64,000 nt of DNA from Verrucomicrobiota bacterium (GTDB lineage Bacteria > Verrucomicrobiota > Verrucomicrobiia > Limisphaerales > AAA164-E04). Both the position numbers and the translations under genes were made by a program. The notes below the pieces were generated by a model that ran no database searches, was not told the origin of the DNA, and worked only from the letters and a program-made list of their open reading frames with translations. Of this stretch, positions 10,556-22,131 are shown one piece after another (within the stretch, counting starts at the first letter, position 1; the number at the start of each line of letters is the position of its first letter). The DNA lies in NCBI GenBank assembly GCA_047947115.1, contig CP170459.1:5472001-5536000 (forward strand), written 5' to 3'.

Positions 10556-11001
10556 GCGAACGTCCAGCCACAGCCCATTCAACGGAACCAGCGGTAAGCG
10601 CATCCGGCCCAACCCGGATTCTTTACTGCCACTGCAATTACGCACAAATCATTTCATCCGAAACCAAGAAAACGGTTCTGGAAAAACTATGCGCATCCGA
10701 CCGTGCCTTTGACGCGGTCGCCGACCTCTGCGAAATGGCAGCAAGAAAAGATCCCGCATTGACCCGTCTCTCCGAGGGCGGCCCTGTAAAGATCGCCGCC
10801 TGCTTTCCTCGCGCGGTCAAATGGCTTTTCTCAGGCGCAAAAGCACCTCTGAACCAGGATACCACTGAAGTTTTAAACATGAGGGATGCCTCCGCTGAAG
10901 ATATCATCACCCGACTCCTGTCAGAAAATTTGCAACCCAACCTGCCGGCGGACAACCATCCGCCACAAGCATCCGAACAACCTAAAGAAGACACTCCATG
11001 A
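10552..11001 (+). CDS. Cys-motif protein resembling the HdrA N-terminal Fe-S module
   Basis: YCHC...DLC...AACFPR...LNMR; ATGA overlap with both neighbours. Confidence 0.6.
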   Translation: MSERPATAHSTEPAVSASGPTRILYCHCNYAQIISSETKKTVLEKLCASDRAFDAVADLCEMAARKDPALTRLSEGGPVKIAACFPRAVKWLFSGAKAPLNQDTTEVLNMRDASAEDIITRLLSENLQPNLPADNHPPQASEQPKEDTP

Positions 11002-11849
11002 AACTGACCGAATCATCCTCCTTGCGCATTGTGATGATGGACCCGTGCTCCGACCAGGACAGTGCAGCCGGCAACCATTTTGAAAAAATGCAGGCCCTGC
11101 TGGAAAAAGGATTTACCGTCACACGAGCCACACCAAAGGGAAAAACCGCCCCCACGGACCGAAGCTCGCTGCTGGTGCTGGGCCATTTCGACCAGCCCTC
11201 CGCCCCCAAAGACCTCTATGCGGAAGACACCGAAATCCGCTTTGAAGACATCCGGTCATTACAAATCGAAGACATGGTAAGCCTCGCCGAAGGCATGCGC
11301 CAGGAGACCGCCAGTTACAAGCATGGTGACTGGAAACCCTGGTTTCCGGTGATCGACTACGATCGCTGCACCAACTGCATGCAATGCCTGAGCTTCTGTC
11401 TGTTTGGCGTCTACGGAGTGGATGATGGCGACAAGATCCAGGTCCAGAACAACGATCAATGCAAGACCAACTGCCCGGCCTGTTCCCGTGTTTGTCCGGA
11501 AGCAGCGATCATGTTTCCGAAATACAAAACCGGCCCCATCAACGGCGATCAGGTGCAAAACAAAGACCTGCAGCGCGAGAAAATGAAAATCGACATTTCC
11601 GCCCTGTTGGGGGGAGATGTCTACGACATGCTCCGGACCCGAAGTGAAAAAGCCAAATCACGCTTCTCCAAAGAACGTGACCCGGACAAAGCACTGAACG
11701 AACGCATCAAGTGCCTGAACAAACTGACAGAATCCGGCGACATCCCGCCAGAAGTGCTCATGTCCCTTCCCTCACCCGATGAAATCCAACGCAGGGCAGA
11801 GGAAGCCAAAGCCAAAGCAGAGGCCGCACTGAACAGAAACAAGCATTAG
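10998..11849 (+). CDS. 4Fe-4S dicluster (ferredoxin-domain) protein
   Basis: CTNCMQCLSFC and CKTNCPACSRVCP. Confidence 0.88.
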   Translation: MKLTESSSLRIVMMDPCSDQDSAAGNHFEKMQALLEKGFTVTRATPKGKTAPTDRSSLLVLGHFDQPSAPKDLYAEDTEIRFEDIRSLQIEDMVSLAEGMRQETASYKHGDWKPWFPVIDYDRCTNCMQCLSFCLFGVYGVDDGDKIQVQNNDQCKTNCPACSRVCPEAAIMFPKYKTGPINGDQVQNKDLQREKMKIDISALLGGDVYDMLRTRSEKAKSRFSKERDPDKALNERIKCLNKLTESGDIPPEVLMSLPSPDEIQRRAEEAKAKAEAALNRNKH

Positions 11850-11874
11850 GGAATAATGTGAAAAAGGAAGTAAA

Positions 11875-11931
11875 TCTTCCACTATTCGAGCGGATTCCCG
11901 AAAATCTTACTGGCACTTGCACTGACAGTTT
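11875..11931. repeat. TA-array boundary motif, copy A
   Basis: TCTTCCACTATTCGAGCG...AAAATCTTACTGGCACTTGCACTGACAGTTT; near-identical at 13702-13754 and 14776-14833. Confidence 0.85.
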
Positions 11932-12025
11932 GCGACTGGGTTTAGGCACAATCTGAGACACAATTCAGTGCTGCAAAGTATGATCATGACTCGATACGGT
12001 AATCAAAACATAACACAAGGCAGAA

Positions 12026-12055
12026 TTGACGGTTTACCAAAAGTTGGTATATGCT
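12026..12055 (+). promoter_or_regulatory. Sigma70-type promoter with overlapping palindromic operator for parDE
   Basis: TTGACG at 12026; inverted repeat TACCAA-aag-TTGGTA at 12035-12049 in the spacer, reaching the -10 region. Confidence 0.6.
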
Positions 12056-12075
12056 GGTAAAAACGATAGAAGGCC

Positions 12076-12315
12076 ATGTCTCGCAACACAAGTGTCGAAC
12101 TAGGGGATGAAATCGCAGGATTCATCGATCATCAAGTAACCGCCGGACGATACGGTTCCGCCAGCGAAGTCATTCGCGCCGGCATCCGACTCCTCCAAGA
12201 TCAGGAAACGAAAATGGAAGCGCTTCGCCTTGCCTTGAGGGAAGGCGAAGAAAGCGGACCATCGGTTCCGTTCGAAATGGATTCCTTCATACAATCCCGA
12301 AAGAGTAAAAAATGA
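12076..12315 (+). CDS. parD: ParD-family RHH antitoxin
   Basis: NTSVELG...GRYGSASEVIRAGIRLL...ALREGEESG. Confidence 0.92.
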   Translation: MSRNTSVELGDEIAGFIDHQVTAGRYGSASEVIRAGIRLLQDQETKMEALRLALREGEESGPSVPFEMDSFIQSRKSKK

Positions 12316-12605
12316 AGGGCGAATTTCGACTCCGCCCAAAAGCAATCTCCGACCTCGATTCAATTTGGAACTACACCGTTGAGACCTGGGGCGAGGATCA
12401 AGCGGAGCGATACCTCCAAATGCTCAACACCTCCTTCAATGCCATTGCAAAGGATCCAGAACGTGGTCGCCCTTGTGATGAAATCCGCGAAGACTATTTA
12501 AAAATACGAGCCGGGCGACACACGATATTCTTCAGAAATGAACTCTTCGGTATAGACATCATACGTATTCTGCACCAAAGCATGGATGTTGAAAGACATC
12601 TTTAA
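12312..12605 (+). CDS. parE: ParE/RelE-family toxin
   Basis: AISDLDSIWNYTVETWGEDQAERY...RILHQSMD; ATGA overlap with antitoxin. Confidence 0.92.
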   Translation: MKGEFRLRPKAISDLDSIWNYTVETWGEDQAERYLQMLNTSFNAIAKDPERGRPCDEIREDYLKIRAGRHTIFFRNELFGIDIIRILHQSMDVERHL

Positions 12606-12617
12606 TCATCGAACACC

Positions 12618-12824
12618 ATGGTAACTCTAACCATCCGACTGTCAGATGAAAAACACGAACGGCTTCGCCAAATGGCTAGGCAACGCAAAATCAGCATCAA
12701 CAAACTCATAGAGGAAACGTCCACCGCCACCCTGGCCCAGTTCGATGCCGAAGTCCGTTTCAGAGCATTGACTTATCAGTTCGGCATGACGACTCAGCAA
12801 CTCGCCTTTCTCCTGCCGAACTAG
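12618..12824 (+). pseudogene. Orphan chimeric copy of the RHH/HicB-like antitoxin at 14242
   Basis: First ~150 nt near-identical to 14242-14390 (LTIRLSDEKHERLRQMARQRKISINKL...VRFRAL), then an unrelated tail; no cognate PIN toxin upstream. Confidence 0.7.
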
Positions 12825-12946
12825 GAGCATTAGCCAAGAGCATGGCTGAAACTGCTGACGACAACAAAGCAGCCAAGTTGGAAGAAAAAATCACCGCCGG
12901 TTTTTACAGAACCAAATAGGAAGATTCCTACCCCGAAATTGCCTGT

Positions 12947-13372
12947 TCAGCTCGCGAAAGGTGCTAAAATCGGAATCAACTGTCTCGCGTTTCGGCGATA
13001 GACACAAAAGTGGCGGTCCAGAGTGAACACCTGACATTTAGGAGTCAGTTCCGACATCCGCACCAGACAAGCATCCGCAAGGCTCATCGGCAAATCTTCG
13101 TATTTCCCCATCAATCGTCGAATATCCTGCCAATGTTCCTCGGCAGAAAACCGGAGGATCAGTTTACCCCGATCGATTGCTTGAAAGAGTGGTTCCACCG
13201 AAAGGCCGTCATCATGTAATAGAAAAATGACTTCTGAAAGGACTGCTTCACATGTGATGAGCGGACTAAAGATGCGATCAAACTGTTCTTTTGCCTAGGA
13301 GTGATATTGATCACCTCGATTGAAGAACGCAACCAACGGCCCGGTGTCAGTGATCAGCTCAACTGCGGCCAT
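12947..13372 (-). pseudogene. PIN-domain (VapC-like) toxin interrupted by an in-frame TAG at codon 26
   Basis: MAAVELITDTGPLVAFFNRGDQYHS*AKEQF...CEAVLSE...MSLADACLV...FTLDRHF; stop at 13295-13297. Confidence 0.85.
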
Positions 13373-13583
13373 ATCCTTTGAGTGACCGGGTACTTAAATC
13401 TTTCTTCCCCTCAAGGCAACCACACAAATCTGCCAGCGCCTGCCCGAGGCTACCCTCCTGGGTTGTTTGACGCTCAGTAATCAATTCACGAACGAGATCG
13501 CCCTTGGATCGTTTCAATGCATGAGATTGCTGCTCGAGCCAAGCAACCTGTTCCGGTTCCAGTTTAATCGTCAACAATCGCAT
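13359..13583 (-). CDS. RHH/CopG-type antitoxin
   Basis: MRLLTIKLEPEQVAWLEQ...SKGDLVRELI...DLCGCLEG...DLST; overlaps the PIN start. Confidence 0.8.
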   Translation of the reverse strand: MRLLTIKLEPEQVAWLEQQSHALKRSKGDLVRELITERQTTQEGSLGQALADLCGCLEGKKDLSTRSLKGYGRS

Positions 13584-13683
13584 ACGCCAACCAGTAACAC
13601 CATTCAGCCACCCGAGCAAGACAATTGGAAATATCAGAAAAGGGAAGTTTTCTGCAAAAGTAGAAATCACGCCTCTTGATGAT

Positions 13684-13754
13684 GATCCGCGTGTACTCCG
13701 TCACTACCCGAGCGTACCCCTCCAAAATCTTACTGGCACTTTTACTGACTGTTT
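13684..13754. repeat. TA-array boundary motif, copy B (fused type)
   Basis: GATCCGCGTGTACTCCGTCACTACCCGAGCGTAC joined to AAAATCTTACTGGCACTTTTACTGACTGTTT. Confidence 0.85.
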
Positions 13755-13810
13755 TTAGTCGTATTGCAGGAAAATGATCTTGCTAACATGACAGCATATA
13801 AGCTATCAAT

Positions 13811-14254
13811 ATGCACGTGGAAAGAATTATCGTAGTTGACACCAATGTCTTCGTGGCGGCGGTTCGAAGTGCCAAAGGAAGCAACCGAGATATTCTTCGA
13901 CTTTGCCTGAATTACCGCTGCGAACCATTGATGGGAACCAGCTTGTTCTTGGAATTTGAGGATGTGATGGGGAGAGAATTACTCTTCCGTGAATGTCCGA
14001 TTTCTTCCCGCGAACGAGATAATCTTTTTCGGGCGTTCTTGAGTGTCTGCCGATGGACGCATGTGTATTATTCCTGGCGACCAAACCTAGGAGATGAGGG
14101 GGACAACCATGTGCTCGAACTTGCTTTGGCGGGCGGAGCACAAACAATCGTAACAAACAACATCAAAGATTTCAAAGGGGGCGAGTTAGCTTTCCCTGAA
14201 GTTAGAATCCTTCGACCAAACGAATTTATAAAGGAAACCTCATGGCCACGTTAA
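13811..14254 (+). CDS. PIN-family putative toxin
   Basis: VVDTNVFV, EFEDV, DEGDNHVLELA, IVTNNIKDF acidic PIN residues. Confidence 0.9.
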   Translation: MHVERIIVVDTNVFVAAVRSAKGSNRDILRLCLNYRCEPLMGTSLFLEFEDVMGRELLFRECPISSRERDNLFRAFLSVCRWTHVYYSWRPNLGDEGDNHVLELALAGGAQTIVTNNIKDFKGGELAFPEVRILRPNEFIKETSWPR

Positions 14255-14463
14255 CCATTCGACTTTCAGACGAAAAACACGAACGGCTTCGCCAAATGGC
14301 TAGGCAACGCAAAATCAGCATCAACAAACTCATGGAGGAAATGTCCACCGCCACCCTGGCCCAGTTCGATGCCGAAGTCCGATTCAGAGCACTCGCTCAA
14401 CAAGGATCTGTAAAGGAAGGATTGAAAATTCTGGACAAGTTGGAAGCTGCATTTTCCAAGTAA
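14242..14463 (+). CDS. RHH/HicB-like antitoxin partner of the PIN toxin
   Basis: MATLTIRLSDEKHERL...SINKL; overlaps the toxin 3' end. Confidence 0.85.
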   Translation: MATLTIRLSDEKHERLRQMARQRKISINKLMEEMSTATLAQFDAEVRFRALAQQGSVKEGLKILDKLEAAFSK

Positions 14464-14488
14464 AGCAGCTATCAGGCCACAAATCACT

Positions 14489-14718
14489 GATCCGCGTGTA
14501 CTCTGCCATAACCCGAGCGGACACCTTGAAGAATCGAAGCAATTCAACTCATTTGTTTAGCCCGCCTTCGTCCTTAATTTGGACGGCCTGCCTAGCCGTA
14601 GCTTGCTAATCGGCTCATGGGCATCTTAATTCGATTTTAGGAAACTTCGGCGTGGCATCCTTCCCTTAGCTCGTTTCCTCGCAAGCGAAGGATGGCGGAG
14701 AGGGAGGGATTCGAACCC
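14489..14718. repeat. ~230-bp direct repeat of 15698-15927, including the 26-bp tRNA-Ser 3' end (att-like core 14693-14718)
   Basis: TGGCGGAGAGGGAGGGATTCGAACCC identical to 15902-15927; the preceding ~200 bp align closely. Confidence 0.93.
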
Positions 14719-14775
14719 AGATGCCCGTTAACTTCCAACAATTTACAACACATCACACCGACTACTCAAGCCAAC

Positions 14776-14833
14776 TCTTCCACTACTCGAGCGTACGCCT
14801 CTAAAATCTTACTGGCACTTTTACTGACAGTTT
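14776..14833. repeat. TA-array boundary motif, copy C
   Basis: TCTTCCACTACTCGAGCGTAC...AAAATCTTACTGGCACTTTTACTGACAGTTT. Confidence 0.85.
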
Positions 14834-14875
14834 GAGGCTGGTTTTTTGAGGCGCGTTATGCCCAAGCAAAGGGGC

Positions 14876-15241
14876 CTATTTCACTTTGTCTTTATCTCGA
14901 AAAGCACGGTGCAGAGCATCCGCTTCTAGGAATAATTGCGGTTCGATCTCGGCAATCCGGTTTGGCAAATCCATTGCACCGTGCTTGACCGTCAACACAA
15001 AGATGCCTTCCTCGAATACGGCACAAACAAGAAAATGCTGTCTCACTCGATAAAAGCAAAGAGACCGTGAATAGCTCTGCTTGGTTTTGAGAAGTTTGGG
15101 ATTTTCACGCAAAAGGTAGAGCGCATCTTCGATGGATTGCATGTATTGGGTAGCGACCAATTCTCCCCAATGCTCCATCGAATAAGTCTCGATTTCACTT
15201 AGGTCGAGCAAAGCTCGACGGGATAATCCGAGGTAGACCAT
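14876..15241 (-). CDS. ParE/RelE-family toxin
   Basis: LSRRALLDLSEIETYSMEHWGELVATQY...VLTVKHGAMDL. Confidence 0.88.
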   Translation of the reverse strand: MVYLGLSRRALLDLSEIETYSMEHWGELVATQYMQSIEDALYLLRENPKLLKTKQSYSRSLCFYRVRQHFLVCAVFEEGIFVLTVKHGAMDLPNRIAEIEPQLFLEADALHRAFRDKDKVK

Positions 15242-15248
15242 GGCTTGA

Positions 15249-15515
15249 TTACCAACCAGACTTTTCTCTTTTCCTGGCCTCGGTCAGAGCGGAACGAATA
15301 CTTCCGGTAAACTCAACGCTGTGCCCACTGAGAATGTCACGATAGCCCTCCAACACCCCATCCCGAATGCGGGCCGCCTCTATACGTTCCTTTTTTTCCC
15401 GTAACAAATCGCGTAAAAACTCGCTAGGGGTTGCGTACAACCCTTGGTCACCGCAATGACTGTCAATGAATGCGCGGAGTTCATCGGTTAATGAAAGATT
15501 GATCGTGCTAGCCAT
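15249..15515 (-). CDS. ParD-like RHH antitoxin
   Basis: TINLSLTDELRAFID...GLYATPSEFLRDLLRE; upstream TTGACG-N17-TAGTGT promoter on the minus strand. Confidence 0.88.
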   Translation of the reverse strand: MASTINLSLTDELRAFIDSHCGDQGLYATPSEFLRDLLREKKERIEAARIRDGVLEGYRDILSGHSVEFTGSIRSALTEARKREKSGW

Positions 15516-15901
15516 GATGATGTTTATCTTTAGGTAACCACACTACAGCGGTTGGTAAATATCGTCAATATTCGCCAAACTCTTTTACCTCTCCACCGAC
15601 CTGGCTGACTCCACAGGGTTCTTCAAAAGAATAATTGAACAATACGGGTTGGATACCGCTTTTTCCAACTAAAGCAGGTCTCGAACCACAATTCAGTGAT
15701 CCTTGAGTACACCGTCACTATCCGAGCGTACACCTTGAGAATTCGAAGCAAATCAACTCATTTGTTTAGCCCGCCTTCGCTCGTAATTTGGATGGCTTTC
15801 CTAGCCGTAGCTTGCTAATCGGCTCATGGGCATCCTAATTCGATTTTAGGAAACTTCGGCGTGGCAGCCTTCCCTTAGCTCGCATGCTCGCAAGCGAAGG
15901 C

Positions 15902-15992
<91 letters not shown>

Positions 15993-16120
15993 GGTTGTGT
16001 GGGGCAGGCATTGTGTCGGGTTCGGTCTGGGTGTGCAATGATTTTTAGGCGTTTTTGGGGATTATTTTTTAATGCGCTCATCGCTTGATGTTGCCGGGCT
16101 GGATCGCTAACCTACGGTTC

Positions 16121-18521
<2,401 letters not shown>

Positions 18522-18672
18522 GGTTTAGTTATCGAAGAGGCCACGCTTCAAGAGAGTTACAAGGACATATATATCAGCGGTTTCATGATAATCGGACTCG
18601 TGGTTTTGCTGGCGTTGGTGATCGGGATTTATTTCACGTTCCGAGACAAGTGATTTATTGCTGAGCGTCGGT

Positions 18673-18794
18673 TATAACGTTTGCCAGAAGTAATTTCAGA
18701 AAAACTCTGCGCCACTGCGTCCCTAGCGCAGCGGGGGTGAGAATAAGAAACAACAGCGAGCCGTTATGCGCACATACTTTTGGCAATCAGTATA
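18673..18794. mobile_element. 122-bp MITE-like element, copy 1
   Basis: Imperfect TIRs TATAACGTTTGCCAGAAGTA / TACTTTTGGCAATCAGTATA; second copy at 44218-44339. Confidence 0.8.
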
Positions 18795-19064
18795 ACCAAG
18801 AAGGCGCGAAGCACTGGAAGTTTGAAGGGATACCCCTGGCCATGCGGCATGGAATGAGTCAACACCTTGCCAGATTCATCACTTCTCCGACCATACGCCA
18901 TTGAGCACTGGTCGGAGCAATTCATTGAAAGTGGTTTAGTAGAGATAGCATAACCAGAAAACCGGCCACATCATCAGCATCCGCATCTTATCCGAAAATT
19001 CGTGGAACGGGAGCTTTCCAAAAGACGCCAGTGAACTCGAGCACACCATCACACAGAACGAGCC

Positions 19065-20345
19065 ATGACTTATCGCGAGGCTATTGAATATTTGTATCAA
19101 CTCCGATTGTTCGGCACGAAACTTGGTTTGGAAAACACGTTTCGATTGGCGAACGCGGTGGGTTCCCCGCAGGACCGGCTTCGCTTTATTCATGTCGCCG
19201 GCACCAACGGCAAGGGGTCTGTCTGCGCTTATCTGGAAAGCATTTATCGTTCGGCCGGTTACAAAGTAGGGATGTTCACCTCCCCGCACCTGGTGCAATT
19301 CGGTGAACGCATGCAGGTTCAACTTATCCCCATCGCGCCACAGGACCTGGTGCGTCATGTGGAACAGCTGCGTCAGGTCATTGCAGACTGGCCCAAGGAC
19401 ACCAGTCCCACGTTTTTCGAATTCATCACGGTCCTGGCCCTGCAACACTTTGCCGAACAATCCTGCGATATCGTCATCTGGGAAACTGGCATGGGGGGAC
19501 GGCTGGATGCCACGAATATCGTCCAGCCAGCATGCTCCATCATCACCAACGTCTCGATGGATCATCAAGCATGGCTGGGCGACTCCCTGACGGATATCGC
19601 CAGAGAAAAAGCGGGCATCATCAAACCAGGGCGGCCCATTGTCACAGCGGAATCAAATAGAGAACCATTGAAAGTCATCATGGACGTGGCCCATGATCAA
19701 AACGCCCCTGTTTACCACATTGAAAGCAATCTTCTGCCCGAGGGCGTCTCGCCCGGACTCAAGGGTTCTCATCAGCACTTCAATGCATCAACTGCCATTC
19801 AAGCAGTCGAGTTACTGCAGACCGCCTTTCCGGTTCCCGCCGCAACCGTGAACGAGGCTATTGTAAACACCCGCCTTCCCGGACGGTTCCAAATCATCGA
19901 GTGGTATGGACGGCAAGTCGTTTTGGATGTGGCGCACAACGGGGCCGGTATTCAAACCGTGGTGGACAGCTGGAAGGAATGCTTTGGAACCGAATCTTGT
20001 GATTTGATTTTTGCTTCCCTCAACGACAAACCCTGGCGGGAAAGTATGAAACGACTTGCCCCGCTTTGTCATACGATCCACCTGGTTCCGGCCCAAAGTC
20101 AACGATCCGCGTCCACTCAAGCCATGGCGGAATACGTGAGACAAATAACGCCAAACACACAGGTCACCGAGCATGAACAAGTGGAAAGCGCGCTTACTAA
20201 GATCAGAAACAACAAACACCCCCTCCTGATCACTGGTTCGTTTTATCTGGTTGGCGGCGTGTTGCCGAAGTTGGATCCGGTCAACTATTCAATTGAAGAG
20301 CTTTCCCTGAACGAATGGGGAGCGGTTTTGAATAGTAAATTGTAA
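19065..20345 (+). CDS. folC: Folylpolyglutamate synthase/dihydrofolate synthase
   Basis: HVAGTNGKGS, FTSPHL, ETGMGGRLDATN, LDVAHN. Confidence 0.96.
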   Translation: MTYREAIEYLYQLRLFGTKLGLENTFRLANAVGSPQDRLRFIHVAGTNGKGSVCAYLESIYRSAGYKVGMFTSPHLVQFGERMQVQLIPIAPQDLVRHVEQLRQVIADWPKDTSPTFFEFITVLALQHFAEQSCDIVIWETGMGGRLDATNIVQPACSIITNVSMDHQAWLGDSLTDIAREKAGIIKPGRPIVTAESNREPLKVIMDVAHDQNAPVYHIESNLLPEGVSPGLKGSHQHFNASTAIQAVELLQTAFPVPAATVNEAIVNTRLPGRFQIIEWYGRQVVLDVAHNGAGIQTVVDSWKECFGTESCDLIFASLNDKPWRESMKRLAPLCHTIHLVPAQSQRSASTQAMAEYVRQITPNTQVTEHEQVESALTKIRNNKHPLLITGSFYLVGGVLPKLDPVNYSIEELSLNEWGAVLNSKL

Positions 20346-20369
20346 ATTTAAAAGAGTGAATTGCCCACC

Positions 20370-20397
20370 GTAGGCCGCCTGCACAAGCAGGTGGCCC
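20370..20397 (+). repeat. GTAG-prefixed REP-like hairpin
   Basis: GTAGGCCGCCTGC-ACAA-GCAGGTGGCC just after the folC stop. Confidence 0.55.
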
Positions 20398-20620
20398 ATC
20401 TTGCAAATTTCATACTGCGAAGACAACGGTGTTTGAAGGACCGATTTCTTCCGATGTTTCCCCAAGTTTTCGGCTGAAAGGTCAAAGGGAAGTCATCCAG
20501 GAATCGCCTTTGACGTTCTTGTTACACCAATTATGATATTCCTCCTGTACATCCTGTCTAAAAAAGTCTTCTTGCCGATTGTCAGGGTTGGTCATTTGGT
20601 GCAGATTGGCTTGAAGCGAC

Positions 20621-21391
20621 ATGACAGATTCCAGCACACCGTTCTACGAAACCGACAAAGCCGTCAGTGAATACCTTTTATTTCATTACGGCAAACCTGA
20701 GGAACAGTTACCGCATGCCTTCGGCCCCGCTTCGGCGTTGAATTACCCCGTGCGCTGTATTTCAGAATGCCTGGATCTTGAAAATGTTCCGACGGGTGCA
20801 CGCGGACTGGACCTGGGTTGTGCTGTCGGACGTTCCTCGTTCGAACTGGCAAAGCATTGCGAAGAGGTCATCGGCATTGATTTTTCCCATGCGTTCGTCG
20901 AAAGAGCCAATCAGTTGAAATCAGACGGCTGTTGCCACTACACCTATGCGAAAGAAGGCAGCATTCAAATCGAAGCGACAGCCGAGCTTGACTCATCCAT
21001 CGACCGATCCCGCCTCCATTTCCAGCAGGGAGATGCCATGAACCTGCCTCGGGACCTCGGAACGTTTCACGTTGTTCTCATGGCGAACTTGATCGATCGA
21101 TTGACTCACCCCACCGACTGTTTATCAAGCCTGGCGAGTCTGATGGAAAGCGGAGGGCAGTTGATCATCACGTCCCCTTACACATGGCTGGAAGAATACA
21201 CTCCAAAAGAAAACTGGTTGGGAGGTTACGAAGATAACGGAAAGAACGTGTCCACATTAGACGGACTCAAAGGAGCTTTGGAGAAAGATTTCGATCTACA
21301 GACCACCAAAGACCTCCCCTTTCTCATCCGGGAACATGCCCGCAAATACCAGTGGAGCGTGGCTCAGGCTTCCATCTGGTTAAGGAAATAA
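20621..21391 (+). CDS. SAM-dependent methyltransferase, OvoA C-terminal-like (putative mercaptohistidine N-methyltransferase)
   Basis: YETDKAVSEYLLFHYG, LDLGCAVGRSSFELA, ANLIDRL, SPYTWLEEYTP, REHARKYQ. Confidence 0.8.
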   Translation: MTDSSTPFYETDKAVSEYLLFHYGKPEEQLPHAFGPASALNYPVRCISECLDLENVPTGARGLDLGCAVGRSSFELAKHCEEVIGIDFSHAFVERANQLKSDGCCHYTYAKEGSIQIEATAELDSSIDRSRLHFQQGDAMNLPRDLGTFHVVLMANLIDRLTHPTDCLSSLASLMESGGQLIITSPYTWLEEYTPKENWLGGYEDNGKNVSTLDGLKGALEKDFDLQTTKDLPFLIREHARKYQWSVAQASIWLRK

Positions 21392-22116
21392 CGCCACTGA
21401 CCGAACACTGACAAACCGCAGACCACCGCTGTTTCCGATCTCAAAACCAGTTGTCCCAGGTCGACTGGCACAGCTCCACTGTTGATGAGGGTCTGAACCT
21501 CTCCATTCGTGAAATCGCCCTCGGGTCCGACACACCAGCACGTGGAGGCGTTCTGAAATGATTGAGCCGCTTTCCACACCGGCAATGGCTCGACCGAATC
21601 GTGCAGATTGCCAAAGGCAATGTTCCAGGCCTCACCCAGTTCGGATTTCAAAGCTTCTATTTTGATGGGGCCATGCAAACGGGGTTTCCAAACGGCTCCG
21701 CACTGCTTCATGGCTTCAATGAGCGTGAGGTTGAGTTTCTCCAGTTTGACTGGAACCTCCTTGCCGGACCAGCGCGAAACGGATCGATCGGATTCAATGA
21801 GCCAAATATCATCCACCCCCAATTCCGTGGCTTTCTGCAGAGAAAGGTCCATGGCTTTGGGCTTGAGCTGTGCTATGGCCAAGCCCAGGCGTTGTGCCGG
21901 TTGAGCCTGTTTCCGTCTGGTTGAGATCCGAACAGTGACCTGCTTCCTCGATCCCTCAAGCAGTTCCCCCGAAAGGCATTCCCCTTCTCCATTCAGAATT
22001 TGAACGTCTGCTCCGGGAGACAGACGCAGGACATTCAAGGCATGACGAGCATCCGCAGCACGCAGCGTCACCACTTCGCCTCGACACTCGGATGGTGGCA
22101 GGAAAAAGCGATGCAT
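21364..22116 (-). CDS. rsmE: 16S rRNA m3U1498 methyltransferase
   Basis: HALNVLRL, KATELGV, EAMKQC, VGPEGDF, LRSETA. Confidence 0.93.
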   Translation of the reverse strand: MHRFFLPPSECRGEVVTLRAADARHALNVLRLSPGADVQILNGEGECLSGELLEGSRKQVTVRISTRRKQAQPAQRLGLAIAQLKPKAMDLSLQKATELGVDDIWLIESDRSVSRWSGKEVPVKLEKLNLTLIEAMKQCGAVWKPRLHGPIKIEALKSELGEAWNIAFGNLHDSVEPLPVWKAAQSFQNASTCWCVGPEGDFTNGEVQTLINSGAVPVDLGQLVLRSETAVVCGLSVFGQWRYFLNQMEA

Positions 22117-22131
22117 GACACACGCACCGGA

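Noticed and set aside
13295..13297. Pyrrolysine recoding of the TAG in the PIN gene
   Set aside because: No pyl genes seen; a nonsense mutation is simpler
14693..14718. Second tRNA-Ser gene
   Set aside because: Only the 3' 26 nt are present; it is an att-like fragment
11875..15900. Classical integron cassette array
   Set aside because: No intI; boundary motifs lack the RYYYAAC...GTTRRRY attC ends; cassettes occur in both orientations
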